DNA of 64,000 bases from Amaricoccus sp. (GCA_046348975.1 JAXMDF010000010.1:29013-93012); one strand, 5' to 3'. Positions 1-10,637 are shown, counted from the first letter of the stretch. Notes: generated by a model not told the origin, from the sequence alone. Numbers and translations are program-made.

Positions 1-200
1 TCGCCGAGGGGCGCGAGCCTCTCGCGATCCTCCGCGATACGGACGGCCCCGGGCTGCCGATCCGCCGGGACGCGCCGGACGATCCCGACCACGAGAACAC
101 CCTTGCCACGGCGCTCTTCACCGTCGAGGACCGTGGGATCGAGTGGAGGATCCATGACGATGCCGACGGACGGGGCGCCTGCACGGGAACGACCGCCTGA
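1..200 (+). CDS. 3' end of a probable C45-family peptidase (acyl-CoA:6-APA acyltransferase-like), partial
   Basis: The frame starting at base 3 reads ...GPGLPIRRDAPDDPDHENTLATALF...TTA*, resembling the C-terminus of bacterial C45 autoproteolytic hydrolases; TGA at 198-200. Confidence 0.5.
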   Translation, partial: AEGREPLAILRDTDGPGLPIRRDAPDDPDHENTLATALFTVEDRGIEWRIHDDADGRGACTGTTA

Positions 201-1077
201 GACCATCGAGGAGCTGCGCGCCCTCGCCGTCGCCGTCGCCCGCGGCGAGGCGGCGGTCTCGCTCGGCGCCAAGGCCCAGGACGCGCTCGGCCGCATGCTC
301 GACATGGTCGGCGACCCGGCCCTTCTCTCGATCACCACGCTCGGCGAGGCGCTCGGGGTGAACCCCTCGACCCTCACCCGCCTCGCCACCGCCCTCGGCT
401 ACCCGGGCTTCCCCGGCCTGCAGCAGGTGCTCCTCTCCGCGTCGATGACCGCCCCCGGCGCCTTCTACTCCCGCCAGGCCGCGTCGGCGCTCGGCGGCGG
501 CGCGTCGTCGCGGGCGGCGGCGACACGGCTCTGCCACGAGAACCAGGCCAACATCGACCGCTTCATCGACCGCTTCGACGAAGCGGCGTTCGACACCGCC
601 GTGGCGCTTCTCGTCTCGGCGCGTCGCGTCGCCGTCCACGGCATCCGCCAGTTCCATTCCGTCGCGAGCTTCCTCGTCTACGGCCTGCGCATGATCCGCT
701 CCGACGTCGCGCTCCTCGACGACGGCAGCCTCGGCGTCGCCGAGGGCCTTGCCGCGCTCTCGCCGGGCGACGTCCTGCTCTCCACGAGCTGCGCCCCCTA
801 TTCGACCCAGGTCGCCGAGGTGGCCGCCGTCGCGCGGCGGAGCGGCCTCGCCACAGTCGCCCTCACCGACCGGCCGACCTCGCCCCTCGTCGCCACCTCG
901 CGGGCGGCGATCCTCGTGGACCACGACTCGAGCTTCCTGTCGAACAGCATCGGCGCCTTCGTCGTCGCCGCCGAATGCCTGATCAACGCCTGCGCCGCCG
1001 CCGACCCCGAAGCGGCGCGAGCCGCCCTTCGCCAGCGCGACCGTCTCATCGAGGCCCTGCGCATCGAAACGCCCTGA
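154..1077 (+). CDS. MurR/RpiR family transcriptional regulator
   Basis: HTH (SITTLGEALGVNPSTLTRLATALGYPGF) plus SIS domain; GGAGGA upstream of the ATG at 154. Confidence 0.85.
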   Translation: MTMPTDGAPARERPPETIEELRALAVAVARGEAAVSLGAKAQDALGRMLDMVGDPALLSITTLGEALGVNPSTLTRLATALGYPGFPGLQQVLLSASMTAPGAFYSRQAASALGGGASSRAAATRLCHENQANIDRFIDRFDEAAFDTAVALLVSARRVAVHGIRQFHSVASFLVYGLRMIRSDVALLDDGSLGVAEGLAALSPGDVLLSTSCAPYSTQVAEVAAVARRSGLATVALTDRPTSPLVATSRAAILVDHDSSFLSNSIGAFVVAAECLINACAAADPEAARAALRQRDRLIEALRIETP

Positions 1078-1957
1078 CGGCCGTCGTGGCGCACTCACCC
1101 CCGGCACGCCTTCGATCTCGCGCGGGCACGCGCGGCATGTGTTCTGAATGTCCGCTTCTGTAAGGCTATATCAGTTATCAGAGCCGATCCGCAAACAGGG
1201 AAAGTACCTGCATAGCCCGACCGGCCGCGATCACCACGCTGCCCCGGCCCATGGCCGGGGCAGCGATGCTCGCATCCTGATTGTCGCTCTCGCGCATCCC
1301 GATCGATGCGCTCCAGCGCTCGGCTTCGAACCGGGCCGCCAAGGTCGGGGCGCGGTGCGACGCCGCGTTCAGGTTCGCCCTCGCTCAGGAACTCCGCGAG
1401 CGTCCGCATGTGACCAGTCCACTGGTGCTACCGGCGAGCGCCATCGACTGATTGCCGGGCCGGATCGAGCAGCGCCCGATCAACAGCGCCGAGCGCGAAC
1501 GGCGTGCACTGCTTCTCGCGTGCGAAGTTCATCAGTTTCAGGCTCTCTTCGGCCAGCCTGTCGCCAGCGCCGCAGTCGAGCTGTAGAGGCCGAAGGCGCC
1601 ATGCCGGTCGCCTGCAGCGTGGCGAGCGAAACCCGCGTCACGAAGGTCCAGCCGCCGAGCCCCGCAGCCTTCCCCCGTCAGCAGGTAAGGACCCCGCTCC
1701 ACTGATCGGCAGCCCAGTCAGCTGTCGCCACCGAGGTCAGCCGCCAGCGGCGCGTGCTGGTCGCGAGCGAGTTCGCGGCGTGCCCCGGCGTCGCGTCCGT
1801 GGGCCGCTGGCCGACGGACCAGGGCTTCGACGAGTGGATCGGTGTCGCGGCCGCGGGCCCGACTCTTCCCGCCTCTCTCGCTGAAGCCCGTCGCGCTGCC
1901 GCTTCCCCCAGCACGGCAAGGCGCCGTGACGGCCAAGCGTGGTCGCCGCCTTCGCAC

Positions 1958-3064
1958 CTACGCCGCGAGGGGCAGCTCCATGCGACGAGCGAACGCCTTG
2001 CCCGCCGCGTCGAACAGGTGGCAGTCCACGGCGCGGATCCCGAAGGTCAGCGGGCGGTCGGCCTCGATCGGCATCTCACCCGGAAGCACGAGGCAGAAGT
2101 TCTCATCCCCGCCGTCGAGCGGCGCATAGCCGATCGTCTGCTGGCCGAGCCGCTCGATCACCGACGGCGTCAGCGTCAGCGCCAGATCCGCCTCGCCCGC
2201 CCGCACGTGCTCGGGCCTGATGCCGAGGCGGAGCGGCTGCCCCGACGCGACGCGTCCCGGTTCGACCGGAATCGTGGCCGTTCGCCCGCCGTACTCCACT
2301 GTCACCCCCTCGGGGCCGGCCCCGACGCAGCTGACCGACAGCATGTTCATCTTGGGGTTGCCAATGAACTGCGCCACGAAGGCGTTATCGGGCTTGTGGT
2401 ATAGTTCCATCGGCGTGCCTACCTGGGCGATGTCGCCGCCCGAGAGCACCACGATCCGGTCCGCCATCGTCATCGCCTCGATCTGATCATGGGTGACGTA
2501 GATCATCGTGGCGCCGAGCTGCTTGTGCAGCTTGGTCAGCTCGATCCGCATGTCGGCCCGCAGCGCCGCGTCGAGGTTCGAAAGCGGCTCGTCGAAGAGG
2601 AAGATCTTCGGCTCGCGCACGATCGCCCGGCCAATCGCCACGCGCTGGCGCTGGCCGCCCGACAGCATCCCGGGCTTCTGCTGCAGCCGCTGATCGAGAT
2701 GCAGGATGCGCGCGGCGTGCTCGACCTTGCGGCGGATCTCCTGCTCCGGCTCCTTTTCCACCCGGAGCGGGAAGGCGATGTTCTCGAAGACGGTCATGTG
2801 CGGATAGAGCGCGTAGCTCTGGAACACCATGGCGATGCCGCGCTTGACCGGCGGCAGGTCGTTCACCCGTTTGCCGTCGATGACGATGTCGCCCGAGGTG
2901 GTGTGCTCGAGCCCGGCGACCATCCTGAGCAGCGTCGACTTGCCGCAGCCGGAGGGGCCGACGAAGACGACGAACTCGCCTTCGCGCACGTCGAGCGAGA
3001 CGCTCTTCACCACGTCGATGTGGCCGAAGCTTTTCACGATGTTGCGCAGGGCAAGCTCACCCAC
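1958..3064 (-). CDS. Sugar ABC transporter ATP-binding protein (MalK/UgpC-like)
   Basis: Walker A GPSGCGKS, LSGGQRQRVAIGRA, DEPLSNLD, YVTHDQ. Confidence 0.95.
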   Translation of the reverse strand: MGELALRNIVKSFGHIDVVKSVSLDVREGEFVVFVGPSGCGKSTLLRMVAGLEHTTSGDIVIDGKRVNDLPPVKRGIAMVFQSYALYPHMTVFENIAFPLRVEKEPEQEIRRKVEHAARILHLDQRLQQKPGMLSGGQRQRVAIGRAIVREPKIFLFDEPLSNLDAALRADMRIELTKLHKQLGATMIYVTHDQIEAMTMADRIVVLSGGDIAQVGTPMELYHKPDNAFVAQFIGNPKMNMLSVSCVGAGPEGVTVEYGGRTATIPVEPGRVASGQPLRLGIRPEHVRAGEADLALTLTPSVIERLGQQTIGYAPLDGGDENFCLVLPGEMPIEADRPLTFGIRAVDCHLFDAAGKAFARRMELPLAA

Positions 3065-3142
3065 GGGGCATCTCCTTCGTGGCTTGTCTTGAAGTTCCCC
3101 GTGGCGCGCGGCGCCGCGGGGATCGGAAGGCGAAGGGCGGGC

Positions 3143-4396
3143 CTACTTGTAGGCCTCGATCTCCGCGGTGGCCTTGTCGAGCGCGGCCTGAGGATCGGCG
3201 TCGCCGGTCACCACCGACTGCACCATGGCGATCATGGCGTTCTGGAAGCCCTTGTAGTCGGTCAGGAGCGGCTCCGGCCCGCCGAACTCGATGCCGTCGA
3301 TGAACGGCTTCCAGTAGGGCTTCTCGGCCACCATCTTGTCGACCGCCGCCGACGGCCTGAGCGGCGTGAGCCCGGCGACACCGGCATTCTCGTACTGCTC
3401 CTGGACCTCCGGCGAGGTGATGTACTTGGCGAACTCGATCGCCTTCTCCTCGACGCCCGAATCCTTGAAGACGGCGATGCTGTCGGTGATGAGCAGCGTC
3501 CCCGGACCCTTGGCCGAGGGGCCGAGCGGCAGCGGCGCGACGCCCCAGTTCATCTTGGCCTCATCGGCGCGGAACGCGGCGCCGACCGCGGCCTGGATCA
3601 TCGCGACCTTGCCGTCGAGCCAGATCGCGCGAACCTCGTTCTGCTCGTAGGCGGTCGGACCCTCCTCCGAGACCGGCACCATCGACTTGTAGCCCTCGAG
3701 CGCCGCCAGCACCTCCGGGCTGTTCATCACGATGTTCCCGTCGGCGTCGATGATCTGGCCGTTGTTGGTGTAAACCCAGTGCAGGAACTGGTGCATGGTG
3801 TTGTCGAAGGTCTTGGCCGAGAGCCCGAAGCCCGGGATGCCAGTCTTCTCCTTGATGACCTTGGCCATCTCGAGCTCTTCCGCCCAGGTCTTCGGCGGCA
3901 CCTCGGGATCGAGGCCGGCCTGCTTGAACAGGTCCTTGTTCCAGTAGAGCGCCTTGGTCGAGAAGGCGATCGGCACGCCCCACTGGGTGCCGTCGAAGGT
4001 CACCGTCCCGACGATGCCGGGATAGTAGGCGGCCTTCTCCTCGTCGGTCATCGGTATCTCGACGATGAGGTCGTTGGCGGAAAGCTCCTTCAGCGTGCGC
4101 GAGCCGACGTAGGCGAGCGCGGGCGGGCTGCCGGCGGCGGCGAGCGTCGTCGCCTTGTCCTGGCACTGCGCCCAGCCGACGAGCTCGGGCTCCACCTTCC
4201 AGCCCTTGTTGGCGGCCTCCCACTCGGCGATGTACTTGATGTGCACCGGGTCGAGCGTGTCGCCGCAGTAGATCCAGGAGATCACCTGGTCCTGGGCGAG
4301 CCCGGGCAGCGCGGTGCTCGCGAGCAGCGCGGCTGCGCCGATGAGGCTCCTGATCGGTTGGGTCAATCTAGGTCTCCCTCTCTGTTGGATCGTCAT
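3143..4396 (-). CDS. Sugar ABC transporter substrate-binding protein
   Basis: Signal peptide (..LIGAAALLASTALPGLA-QD), ALYWNKDLFKQAGLDP..PPKTW motif; the start overlaps the upstream permease stop (ATGA). Confidence 0.9.
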   Translation of the reverse strand: MTIQQRGRPRLTQPIRSLIGAAALLASTALPGLAQDQVISWIYCGDTLDPVHIKYIAEWEAANKGWKVEPELVGWAQCQDKATTLAAAGSPPALAYVGSRTLKELSANDLIVEIPMTDEEKAAYYPGIVGTVTFDGTQWGVPIAFSTKALYWNKDLFKQAGLDPEVPPKTWAEELEMAKVIKEKTGIPGFGLSAKTFDNTMHQFLHWVYTNNGQIIDADGNIVMNSPEVLAALEGYKSMVPVSEEGPTAYEQNEVRAIWLDGKVAMIQAAVGAAFRADEAKMNWGVAPLPLGPSAKGPGTLLITDSIAVFKDSGVEEKAIEFAKYITSPEVQEQYENAGVAGLTPLRPSAAVDKMVAEKPYWKPFIDGIEFGGPEPLLTDYKGFQNAMIAMVQSVVTGDADPQAALDKATAEIEAYK

Positions 4397-5349
4397 TGTT
4401 TCACGGCACCGGCGGTCAGCCCGCCGACGAGGTAGCGCTGCAGGAAGAAGATCACGATCATCGCCGGGGCGATGCCCACGAAGGACGCCGCCATCAGCTC
4501 GTTCCAGACCACCTCCTGCTTGCCGAAGAAGGCGAAGAGGCCGACCGGCAGCGGCATGAACTCGGCCTTGGAGTTGAAGGTCAGCGCGAAGATGAACTGC
4601 TGGGCGTAGGCGCCGATGAAGGTGGTGATCGCAACCACGATGATCCCCGGCATGGCGATGGGCAGGATCACGCGCCTCAGCGTGTAGAGATAGCCGGCCC
4701 CGTCCATGTAGGCGGCCTCGTGCAACTCCTTCGGGATGCGGATCATGTAGGTGCGCAGGAGCCAGATCGCGGAGGGGATGAGGAAAGCCACACCCGGCAC
4801 GATCATCGCCGCGTAGGTGTTGAGGAGCCCAAGGCTGCGCATCAGCCGGAAGAGCGGAATGATCAAGACCGCGCCCGAGAACATGTTGACCGCGAGGAAC
4901 CCCCCCAGCACCAGCCCCGCGCCCCTGAAGTCGAACCGCGAGAAGGCATAGGCGGCAGGGACGACGACCAGCAGGACGATGGCCGTCGCCACCGAGGAGA
5001 TGAAGATGCTGTTGAAGATGTAGCGCGCGAAGCCCGGGACGCTCTGCCACATGGTCACGTAGGCGGCGAAGGAAGCGTTTTCCGGGATGAAGCGGTAGGG
5101 CGAGGAGAAGAGCTGCGACAAGGGCTTCAGCGAGACGAGGAAGCCCTCGATGAAGGGGGCGAGCAGGAAGAACAGAAAAAGGAAGATCCCCGCGTAGATC
5201 GCCACCACCTCGTACCAGGCGTAGCGGTCGATGAGCGGCGTGGCTTCCGCCCGGCTCACCTTGCGGGGGAGCGCCGGCCTCGGCGCCTCCTCGGCCGCCG
5301 CGGTGATGTCGGGGGGAACCTTGCCGATCGCGTCACCGGTCACGCTCAT
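4393..5349 (-). CDS. Carbohydrate ABC transporter permease (MalG-like)
   Basis: Multiple TM segments, EAA loop IPKELHEAAYMDGAG, C-terminal FLQRYLVGGLTAGAVK. Confidence 0.93.
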   Translation of the reverse strand: MSVTGDAIGKVPPDITAAAEEAPRPALPRKVSRAEATPLIDRYAWYEVVAIYAGIFLFLFFLLAPFIEGFLVSLKPLSQLFSSPYRFIPENASFAAYVTMWQSVPGFARYIFNSIFISSVATAIVLLVVVPAAYAFSRFDFRGAGLVLGGFLAVNMFSGAVLIIPLFRLMRSLGLLNTYAAMIVPGVAFLIPSAIWLLRTYMIRIPKELHEAAYMDGAGYLYTLRRVILPIAMPGIIVVAITTFIGAYAQQFIFALTFNSKAEFMPLPVGLFAFFGKQEVVWNELMAASFVGIAPAMIVIFFLQRYLVGGLTAGAVKQ

Positions 5350-6230
5350 TTCCCGCCCTCCGGCTGGAGCCTCCGCGTCACCCGGAAGTAGGCGAGCGAG
5401 AAGAGGCTGAGGAAGATGCAGATCACCACCGCCCGCGCGGCGCCCTCGCCGTACTTCCGCGAGCCGATGGCGGTCTGGTAGGTGTCGATGATCATGGTGG
5501 TGGTGGCGCCGTTCGGCCCGCCCTGGGTCAGGATCCAGATGATGTCGAAGCTGTTGAAGGTGGCGATCAGCGAAAGCATCGACATGGTGATGATCGCCGG
5601 GATCATCAGCGGGAAGGTGATGCGGCGGAACCGGTACCAGCGCCCGGCGCCGTCGGTCCAGGCGGCCTCGTAGAGATCCTTCGGGATCGCCTGGATCGCG
5701 GCGAGGAAGTAGATCGTGACCAGCGGCACCCCGATCCAGACGTCGGTGACGATCGTCGCCCAGAAGGCGGTGCCGCCGTAGGCGAGCCAGGCCACCGGGC
5801 CGTCCACGACCCCGAAGCGCTGCAGCAGGCCCGAGATCATCCCGAACTGGCCGTTGTACATCCAGCCCCACATGAAGATGCCGATGGCCATCGGCACGAT
5901 CCAGGGCGGCATGATCAGGATGCGGAAGAGGTTCCGCCCCGGCACCGCCGCGTTGAGCAGTACCGCCCCGATCGTCCCGATGATCATCTTGAGCGCCACC
6001 GAGAAGAAGGTCCAGACGAAGGTCCGCCCGATGACCGTGGCGAAGGTGGCGTTGAAGATCTTCTCGTAGTTCGCCCAGCCGACCCAGTTCGTCGTCTTCC
6101 TGAGCGAGGCGTCGGTGAAGGAGAGGACCACCGTCTGGACCAGCGGCCAAGCGACGATGAAAAGCACATAGAAAAGCGCCGGCGCCAGGAACGCCCAGGC
6201 GATGAGAGCCGTGCGTTGCGTCCGCATCAC
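5346..6230 (-). CDS. Carbohydrate ABC transporter permease (MalF-like)
   Basis: EAA loop IPKDLYEAAWTDGAG, LTQGGP motif. Confidence 0.93.
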   Translation of the reverse strand: MMRTQRTALIAWAFLAPALFYVLFIVAWPLVQTVVLSFTDASLRKTTNWVGWANYEKIFNATFATVIGRTFVWTFFSVALKMIIGTIGAVLLNAAVPGRNLFRILIMPPWIVPMAIGIFMWGWMYNGQFGMISGLLQRFGVVDGPVAWLAYGGTAFWATIVTDVWIGVPLVTIYFLAAIQAIPKDLYEAAWTDGAGRWYRFRRITFPLMIPAIITMSMLSLIATFNSFDIIWILTQGGPNGATTTMIIDTYQTAIGSRKYGEGAARAVVICIFLSLFSLAYFRVTRRLQPEGGK

Positions 6231-7384
6231 GCCGCCTTCGCCGCGAGCGCGGCGTCGAAGCGGTCCCAGATCGGGCGCAGGTCCAGGACCTGGCGGGTCT
6301 TGCGCGCCTCGTCCATGGCAAGGGCGAGGATCCCGGCCTCGAGCGCGTCGAGCGGCGAGACCGGCAGCGGCCCGCCGCGCATCACGTGCTCGACCACCTC
6401 CTCGGCCATCCGCTCGTCGGCGCCATAGTGCTGCGAGAGCGCGGTGGCGGCATATTCCTTGTGGAGAACCCGAGCCTCGGTCAGCACGTCGGTCACGTCG
6501 AAGACCCCCCGGATGAAGTCCCCCTCCGCCTGGCCCCGCGTGCCGAAGATGGCGAAGCGGCGGAACTGGTCGGGCGCGTTCAGGTTGGTGTGGAAGTTCA
6601 TCCCCACCCCGTTCGCATACTCCACGATCGCGACCTGATAGTCGATGATATCGGCGTCGCTGTCGAACACCTGGTCCGAGCCGCTCCAGCCGGTCGGCTT
6701 GCGGTGGAAGAGCTCAAGGTCGTTCAGCCCCTCGCGCCGCGGGTCGTTCTCCGGCACGAAGGTCTTGCGCCCGCCGAAGCTCGCTACCCGCTCGGGGCGC
6801 GCGCCGATGATGGAGTTGTAGAGGTCGAGGTCGTGACAGCACTTCTCCAGCATGAAGCTGCCCGAGAACTTCTCGTAGCGCCGCCAGTCGCGCATGAAAA
6901 AGGCGCCGTGGTAGGGGAAGATGTGCTCGGCCGCCTCGATCGACACGATGTTGCCGAGCCGACCCTCGGCCTGTGCCGCGCGCAGGTCCCGGTACATCGG
7001 CGCATAGCGCAGCACCAGCCCAACGAGCAGCCGCTCCTGGCCATGCACCGCGAGGAGCCGCGCGAGCGCGTAGGTCTGCTCCAGCGAGGCGACGATGGGT
7101 TTCTCGGAGAAGACCCTGAGCCCCGCCTCGAGCCCCAAGCGGATATGGTCGAGGTGCATGTGGTTCGGCGAGCCGATCATCAGGAGGTCGAAGCTCTCGC
7201 CCGCGATCAGCTCCTCGGGGGTGGCGAACCTCCGACCGGCCGAGATGCCGCGCTCATCGAGCGTGGCGAGCCCGGCCGGCTGGGGGTCGACATAGCCCAC
7301 GATCTCGAAGTCTGGATCGATGGCGTTGAAGACGTAGCCCAGATAGCCCAGCCGGTAGCCGAGGCCGATGATGCCCACCTTCAT
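6227..7384 (-). CDS. Gfo/Idh/MocA family oxidoreductase
   Basis: MKVGIIGLG Rossmann start, SEKP motif, MLEKCCHDLD. Confidence 0.9.
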   Translation of the reverse strand: MKVGIIGLGYRLGYLGYVFNAIDPDFEIVGYVDPQPAGLATLDERGISAGRRFATPEELIAGESFDLLMIGSPNHMHLDHIRLGLEAGLRVFSEKPIVASLEQTYALARLLAVHGQERLLVGLVLRYAPMYRDLRAAQAEGRLGNIVSIEAAEHIFPYHGAFFMRDWRRYEKFSGSFMLEKCCHDLDLYNSIIGARPERVASFGGRKTFVPENDPRREGLNDLELFHRKPTGWSGSDQVFDSDADIIDYQVAIVEYANGVGMNFHTNLNAPDQFRRFAIFGTRGQAEGDFIRGVFDVTDVLTEARVLHKEYAATALSQHYGADERMAEEVVEHVMRGGPLPVSPLDALEAGILALAMDEARKTRQVLDLRPIWDRFDAALAAKAA

Positions 7385-7401
7385 GCTGCGCCCCCATTGT
7401 A

Positions 7402-7490
7402 ATGTAATTTATTTTCTCATCCTGGCGAGGCCTGACGCAAAAGTCAACATTTTTTAGCTGATCCAAGACAGCGCTATGTAATTCATTTTC
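7402..7490 (-). promoter_or_regulatory. Promoter with two operator copies upstream of the oxidoreductase/ABC operon
   Basis: ATGTAATTTATTTTC (7402-7416) and ATGTAATTCATTTTC (7476-7490) flank a minus-strand TTGACT (7442-7447)-N17-CAGGAT. Confidence 0.65.
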
Positions 7491-8406
7491 ATGCGCCAGG
7501 TCCAGCGGCGGCCAGCCCCAGCGCCGCCGCGCCGACTAGCCCAGGCTCCACCCGGCAGAGCGCCGGGACAACGAGCGGCCGGGTGAAGCGCCGCAGCGTC
7601 AGCGCCCTGACCGCGCCGTCGAGCGCCGCGATCAGCTCGGCGCTGCCGCCGAGGCCGCCGCCCACCGGCAGGATATCCGCCGCCGTCGCGTTGACCAGCA
7701 CCGCCAGCGGCGGCGCGGCGATTTCGAGCCAGATCTCGATCGTCCGCCGCGCCGCCGGATCGCCCGCGCGCCAGGCGGCGACGATCTCGAGGCTCGTGGC
7801 CGCCGCCCCGTTGAGGTCGCGGTGCAGGCGCTCCATTCCCCGCGCCGAGACCGTGGCGTCGAGGCACCCCGTCAGCCCACAGCCGCAGGCATAGCGCGGG
7901 ATCTCGACCGGCGGCTCGCCCGCGAGGCGCGCCGCCACCGGCCCGTGCCCCCACTCGCCGCCGAAGCCGCCCTCGGCGTTGATCAGCCGGCCGTCGATCA
8001 CCAGCCCGCCGCCCACGCCGGTGCCCAGGATCACCCCGAAGACCACGCGGTGCCCGCGCCCGGCGCCCACCGCGACCTCGGCCAACGCGAAGCAGTCTGC
8101 GTCGTTGGCGATGAAGACCGGCAGCCCCAGCGCAGCCTCCAGCCGCTCCCGGATCGGGATGCCGGTCAGGCAGGGCACGTTCGCCACCCGGCCGAGCCCG
8201 GTGTCCACGTCCACGATCCCCGGGATCGCCGCCGCGAGCGCCCGGGGCGGCACCGGGCAGTCCGCGACGGCGCGGGCCAGCACGGCGACGAAGGCGTCGA
8301 GATGCCGCGTCGGCGTCGGCACGCGCTCGAGCACCTCGATCTCCTCGACGCTGCGTGCGCGGCCGCCCTTCATGGTGGTGCCGCCGATGTCGAAGCAGAC
8401 AATCAC
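7489..8406 (-). CDS. ROK family sugar kinase (probable GlcNAc kinase)
   Basis: FDIGGT, NDADCFALAE, ILGTGVGGG, GEWGH, CGCGLTGCLD; the GTG start overlaps the nagA stop. Confidence 0.88.
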   Translation of the reverse strand: MIVCFDIGGTTMKGGRARSVEEIEVLERVPTPTRHLDAFVAVLARAVADCPVPPRALAAAIPGIVDVDTGLGRVANVPCLTGIPIRERLEAALGLPVFIANDADCFALAEVAVGAGRGHRVVFGVILGTGVGGGLVIDGRLINAEGGFGGEWGHGPVAARLAGEPPVEIPRYACGCGLTGCLDATVSARGMERLHRDLNGAAATSLEIVAAWRAGDPAARRTIEIWLEIAAPPLAVLVNATAADILPVGGGLGGSAELIAALDGAVRALTLRRFTRPLVVPALCRVEPGLVGAAALGLAAAGPGA

Positions 8407-9539
8407 GCCACCCGCCGCCCGTCGATCCAGGTGCCCCTGACCTCGAGCGCTGGCGAGAGCAACACCGCGTCGGCCTTCATCCCCGGCCCGAGGGCGCCCC
8501 GCGTCGCCGCCCCCACGGCTTCGGCCGGATAGAGCGCGGCCATGCGCAGCGCCTCCTCGAGCGGAAGCCCGAGCCGCTTCACAACGAAGCGCACGCTCGC
8601 GATCATGTCGATGTCCGCCCCCGCCAGCGTGCCGTCCGCCAGCGTCAGCCGCCCGCCGCGGCGGTAGACCTGCCTGCCGTTCAGCGTGAACCCCGGCAGG
8701 TCGGTCCCGATGGTCGACATCGCGTCCGTCACCAGGAAGATCCGCCCCTTGACCGCGCGCAGCGCGATCCCCATCGCCGCCGGATCGACGTGGAAGCCGT
8801 CCGCGATCAGCCCCGAGGCGATCCGCGGATCGTCGAGCGCCACGCCGACCAGCCCCGGCGCACGGTGGCCGAGCTGGCTCATGGCGTTGAAGAGGTGCGT
8901 CACCATCCGGGCGCCCGCCTCCACATGACCGCGCGCGGCGACGGCGTCGGCGTCGGTATGCCCGAGGCTCACCACGACCCCCGCCGCGGCCAGCGCCCGC
9001 ACCTGCTCCGCGCTCACGCTCTCCGGCGCGACCGTCGTCACCAGATGCCCGACCCGCCCCGGCGCCGCCGCGACGACGGCGAGGTCGGCGTCGGTCATCG
9101 GCCGGATCAGCGCCGGGTCGTGCGTGCCCTGGCGCGCCACCGACAAGTGCGGCCCCTCGAGGTGCAGCCCGAGGAGCCCCGCCTGCCCCGCCGCCCGCGC
9201 CGCCGCGACCGCGGCGATCGCCGCCGGCGCCGCCTCCGGACGGTCGGTGATCAGCGTCACCATGACCGCGGTGGTGCCCCCCGCGGCATGCGCGGCGCAG
9301 ATGCGCGCGATCCCCTCGGACGTGCAGTCGTTGTTGAGGAGCGCCCCGCCGCCACCGTTGACCTGCAGGTCCACGAAGCCCGGCACCAGCCAGCCCTCGA
9401 GCGACTCGACGCGGTCGTCCGCCTCGGGCGGCGCGATCTCCTCGACCCGGCCGCCGCGGATCCGCAGCGCGGTGCCCTCGTGCCAGCGGCTGCCATCGAA
9501 GATCCGCTCGGGCACGAGCGCGACGACGGGCTCGGTCAT
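8403..9539 (-). CDS. nagA: N-acetylglucosamine-6-phosphate deacetylase
   Basis: PGFVDLQVNG, HLEGP, THLFNAM, ADGFHV, VTDAM, TLAG motifs. Confidence 0.95.
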   Translation of the reverse strand: MTEPVVALVPERIFDGSRWHEGTALRIRGGRVEEIAPPEADDRVESLEGWLVPGFVDLQVNGGGGALLNNDCTSEGIARICAAHAAGGTTAVMVTLITDRPEAAPAAIAAVAAARAAGQAGLLGLHLEGPHLSVARQGTHDPALIRPMTDADLAVVAAAPGRVGHLVTTVAPESVSAEQVRALAAAGVVVSLGHTDADAVAARGHVEAGARMVTHLFNAMSQLGHRAPGLVGVALDDPRIASGLIADGFHVDPAAMGIALRAVKGRIFLVTDAMSTIGTDLPGFTLNGRQVYRRGGRLTLADGTLAGADIDMIASVRFVVKRLGLPLEEALRMAALYPAEAVGAATRGALGPGMKADAVLLSPALEVRGTWIDGRRVA

Positions 9540-9548
9540 GGCGCGAGG

Positions 9549-10637
9549 CTACCAGACCGTGCCCCGCGCCGCGACCGCCTCGACGCGGGTCACCGTCCCG
9601 CCCCGGTGGAAGACCATCCGGTCGAAGAGGTTCGAGACGACGCAGGTGTGGTTCGGCACGATCCGCACCATCTCGCCCACCTCTGGCCGCCGCCCCTCGC
9701 AGGCGGCGAGGTCCACGACGCCGTGCTCCTCTGACAGCGAGACGATGCGCGCACCGGGCAGCCCCTCGATCTCGCCGTGGTCGGCGAACCCGAGCAGGTC
9801 CGAGGTCAGCGCCTTGGAGCCCGCGTCGATCACCGCCCGATCCGGCGTCGGCCGCGAGACCACGGTGGCGAGGACATGCATCGCCAGGTCCTCGCGGCCG
9901 CAATGGCCGGCCCGCACCATCGATCGGTCGTTGTAGACGTAGGTGCCGGCGCGATGCTCCGTCGCCGAGGGCACGAGATGGGCGGAGAAGAAGTCCGGGC
10001 TGCCACCGTTCGAGCGCACCGGGCAGTCGAGCCCCACCGCCGCGAGCGACGCCATCGCGGCCCCGAAGAAGCTCTCCACCGCCGCCGCGCCGCCGACCGG
10101 CGGATAGGTGAGCAGCCCCTCGAACCGGAGCCCCTGCGCGGCGGCGATGGCGCGCGCCACCTCCACCGCCGCTTCCGGGCTCTGCACGCCGACGCGCCCG
10201 CCGCCGGTGTCGCACTCGACGAGCACCGCGAGCGGCCGCTCCGGCCCGAAGGCCGCGGCATAGCCTGCGACCGTCGCCGCGCTGTCGGCGATCACCCTCA
10301 GCCGCCGCACCCGCGCGTTCAATTCCGTGAGGCGCGCGAGCTTCGCCGCCCCGAGGACGTTGTAGGTGATGAGGATGTCGTCGAAGCCCGCGTCCGCGAA
10401 GGCCTCGGCCTCGGTCACCTTCTGGCAGTTGATCCCCACCGCGCCGGCGTCGAGTTGCGCCCGCGCCACCGCGGGGATCTTGTGGGTCTTGATATGCGGC
10501 CGGAATGCCAGCCCGTGGGTGTCCAGGTAGGCTTGCGCCCGGGCGATGTTGCCGGCGAGCCGGTCCTCGTCGATGACCGGCATCGGGGTCTGAACCGCCT
10601 CGAGGGGCGTGCCCGGCTCGGGCCAGGGAAAGGTCAT
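9549..10637 (-). CDS. DSD1/D-threonine aldolase-family PLP-dependent enzyme
   Basis: RPHIKTHK PLP-lysine motif, DAGSKALTSD, LSEEHG, VPNHTC. Confidence 0.9.
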   Translation of the reverse strand: MTFPWPEPGTPLEAVQTPMPVIDEDRLAGNIARAQAYLDTHGLAFRPHIKTHKIPAVARAQLDAGAVGINCQKVTEAEAFADAGFDDILITYNVLGAAKLARLTELNARVRRLRVIADSAATVAGYAAAFGPERPLAVLVECDTGGGRVGVQSPEAAVEVARAIAAAQGLRFEGLLTYPPVGGAAAVESFFGAAMASLAAVGLDCPVRSNGGSPDFFSAHLVPSATEHRAGTYVYNDRSMVRAGHCGREDLAMHVLATVVSRPTPDRAVIDAGSKALTSDLLGFADHGEIEGLPGARIVSLSEEHGVVDLAACEGRRPEVGEMVRIVPNHTCVVSNLFDRMVFHRGGTVTRVEAVAARGTVW

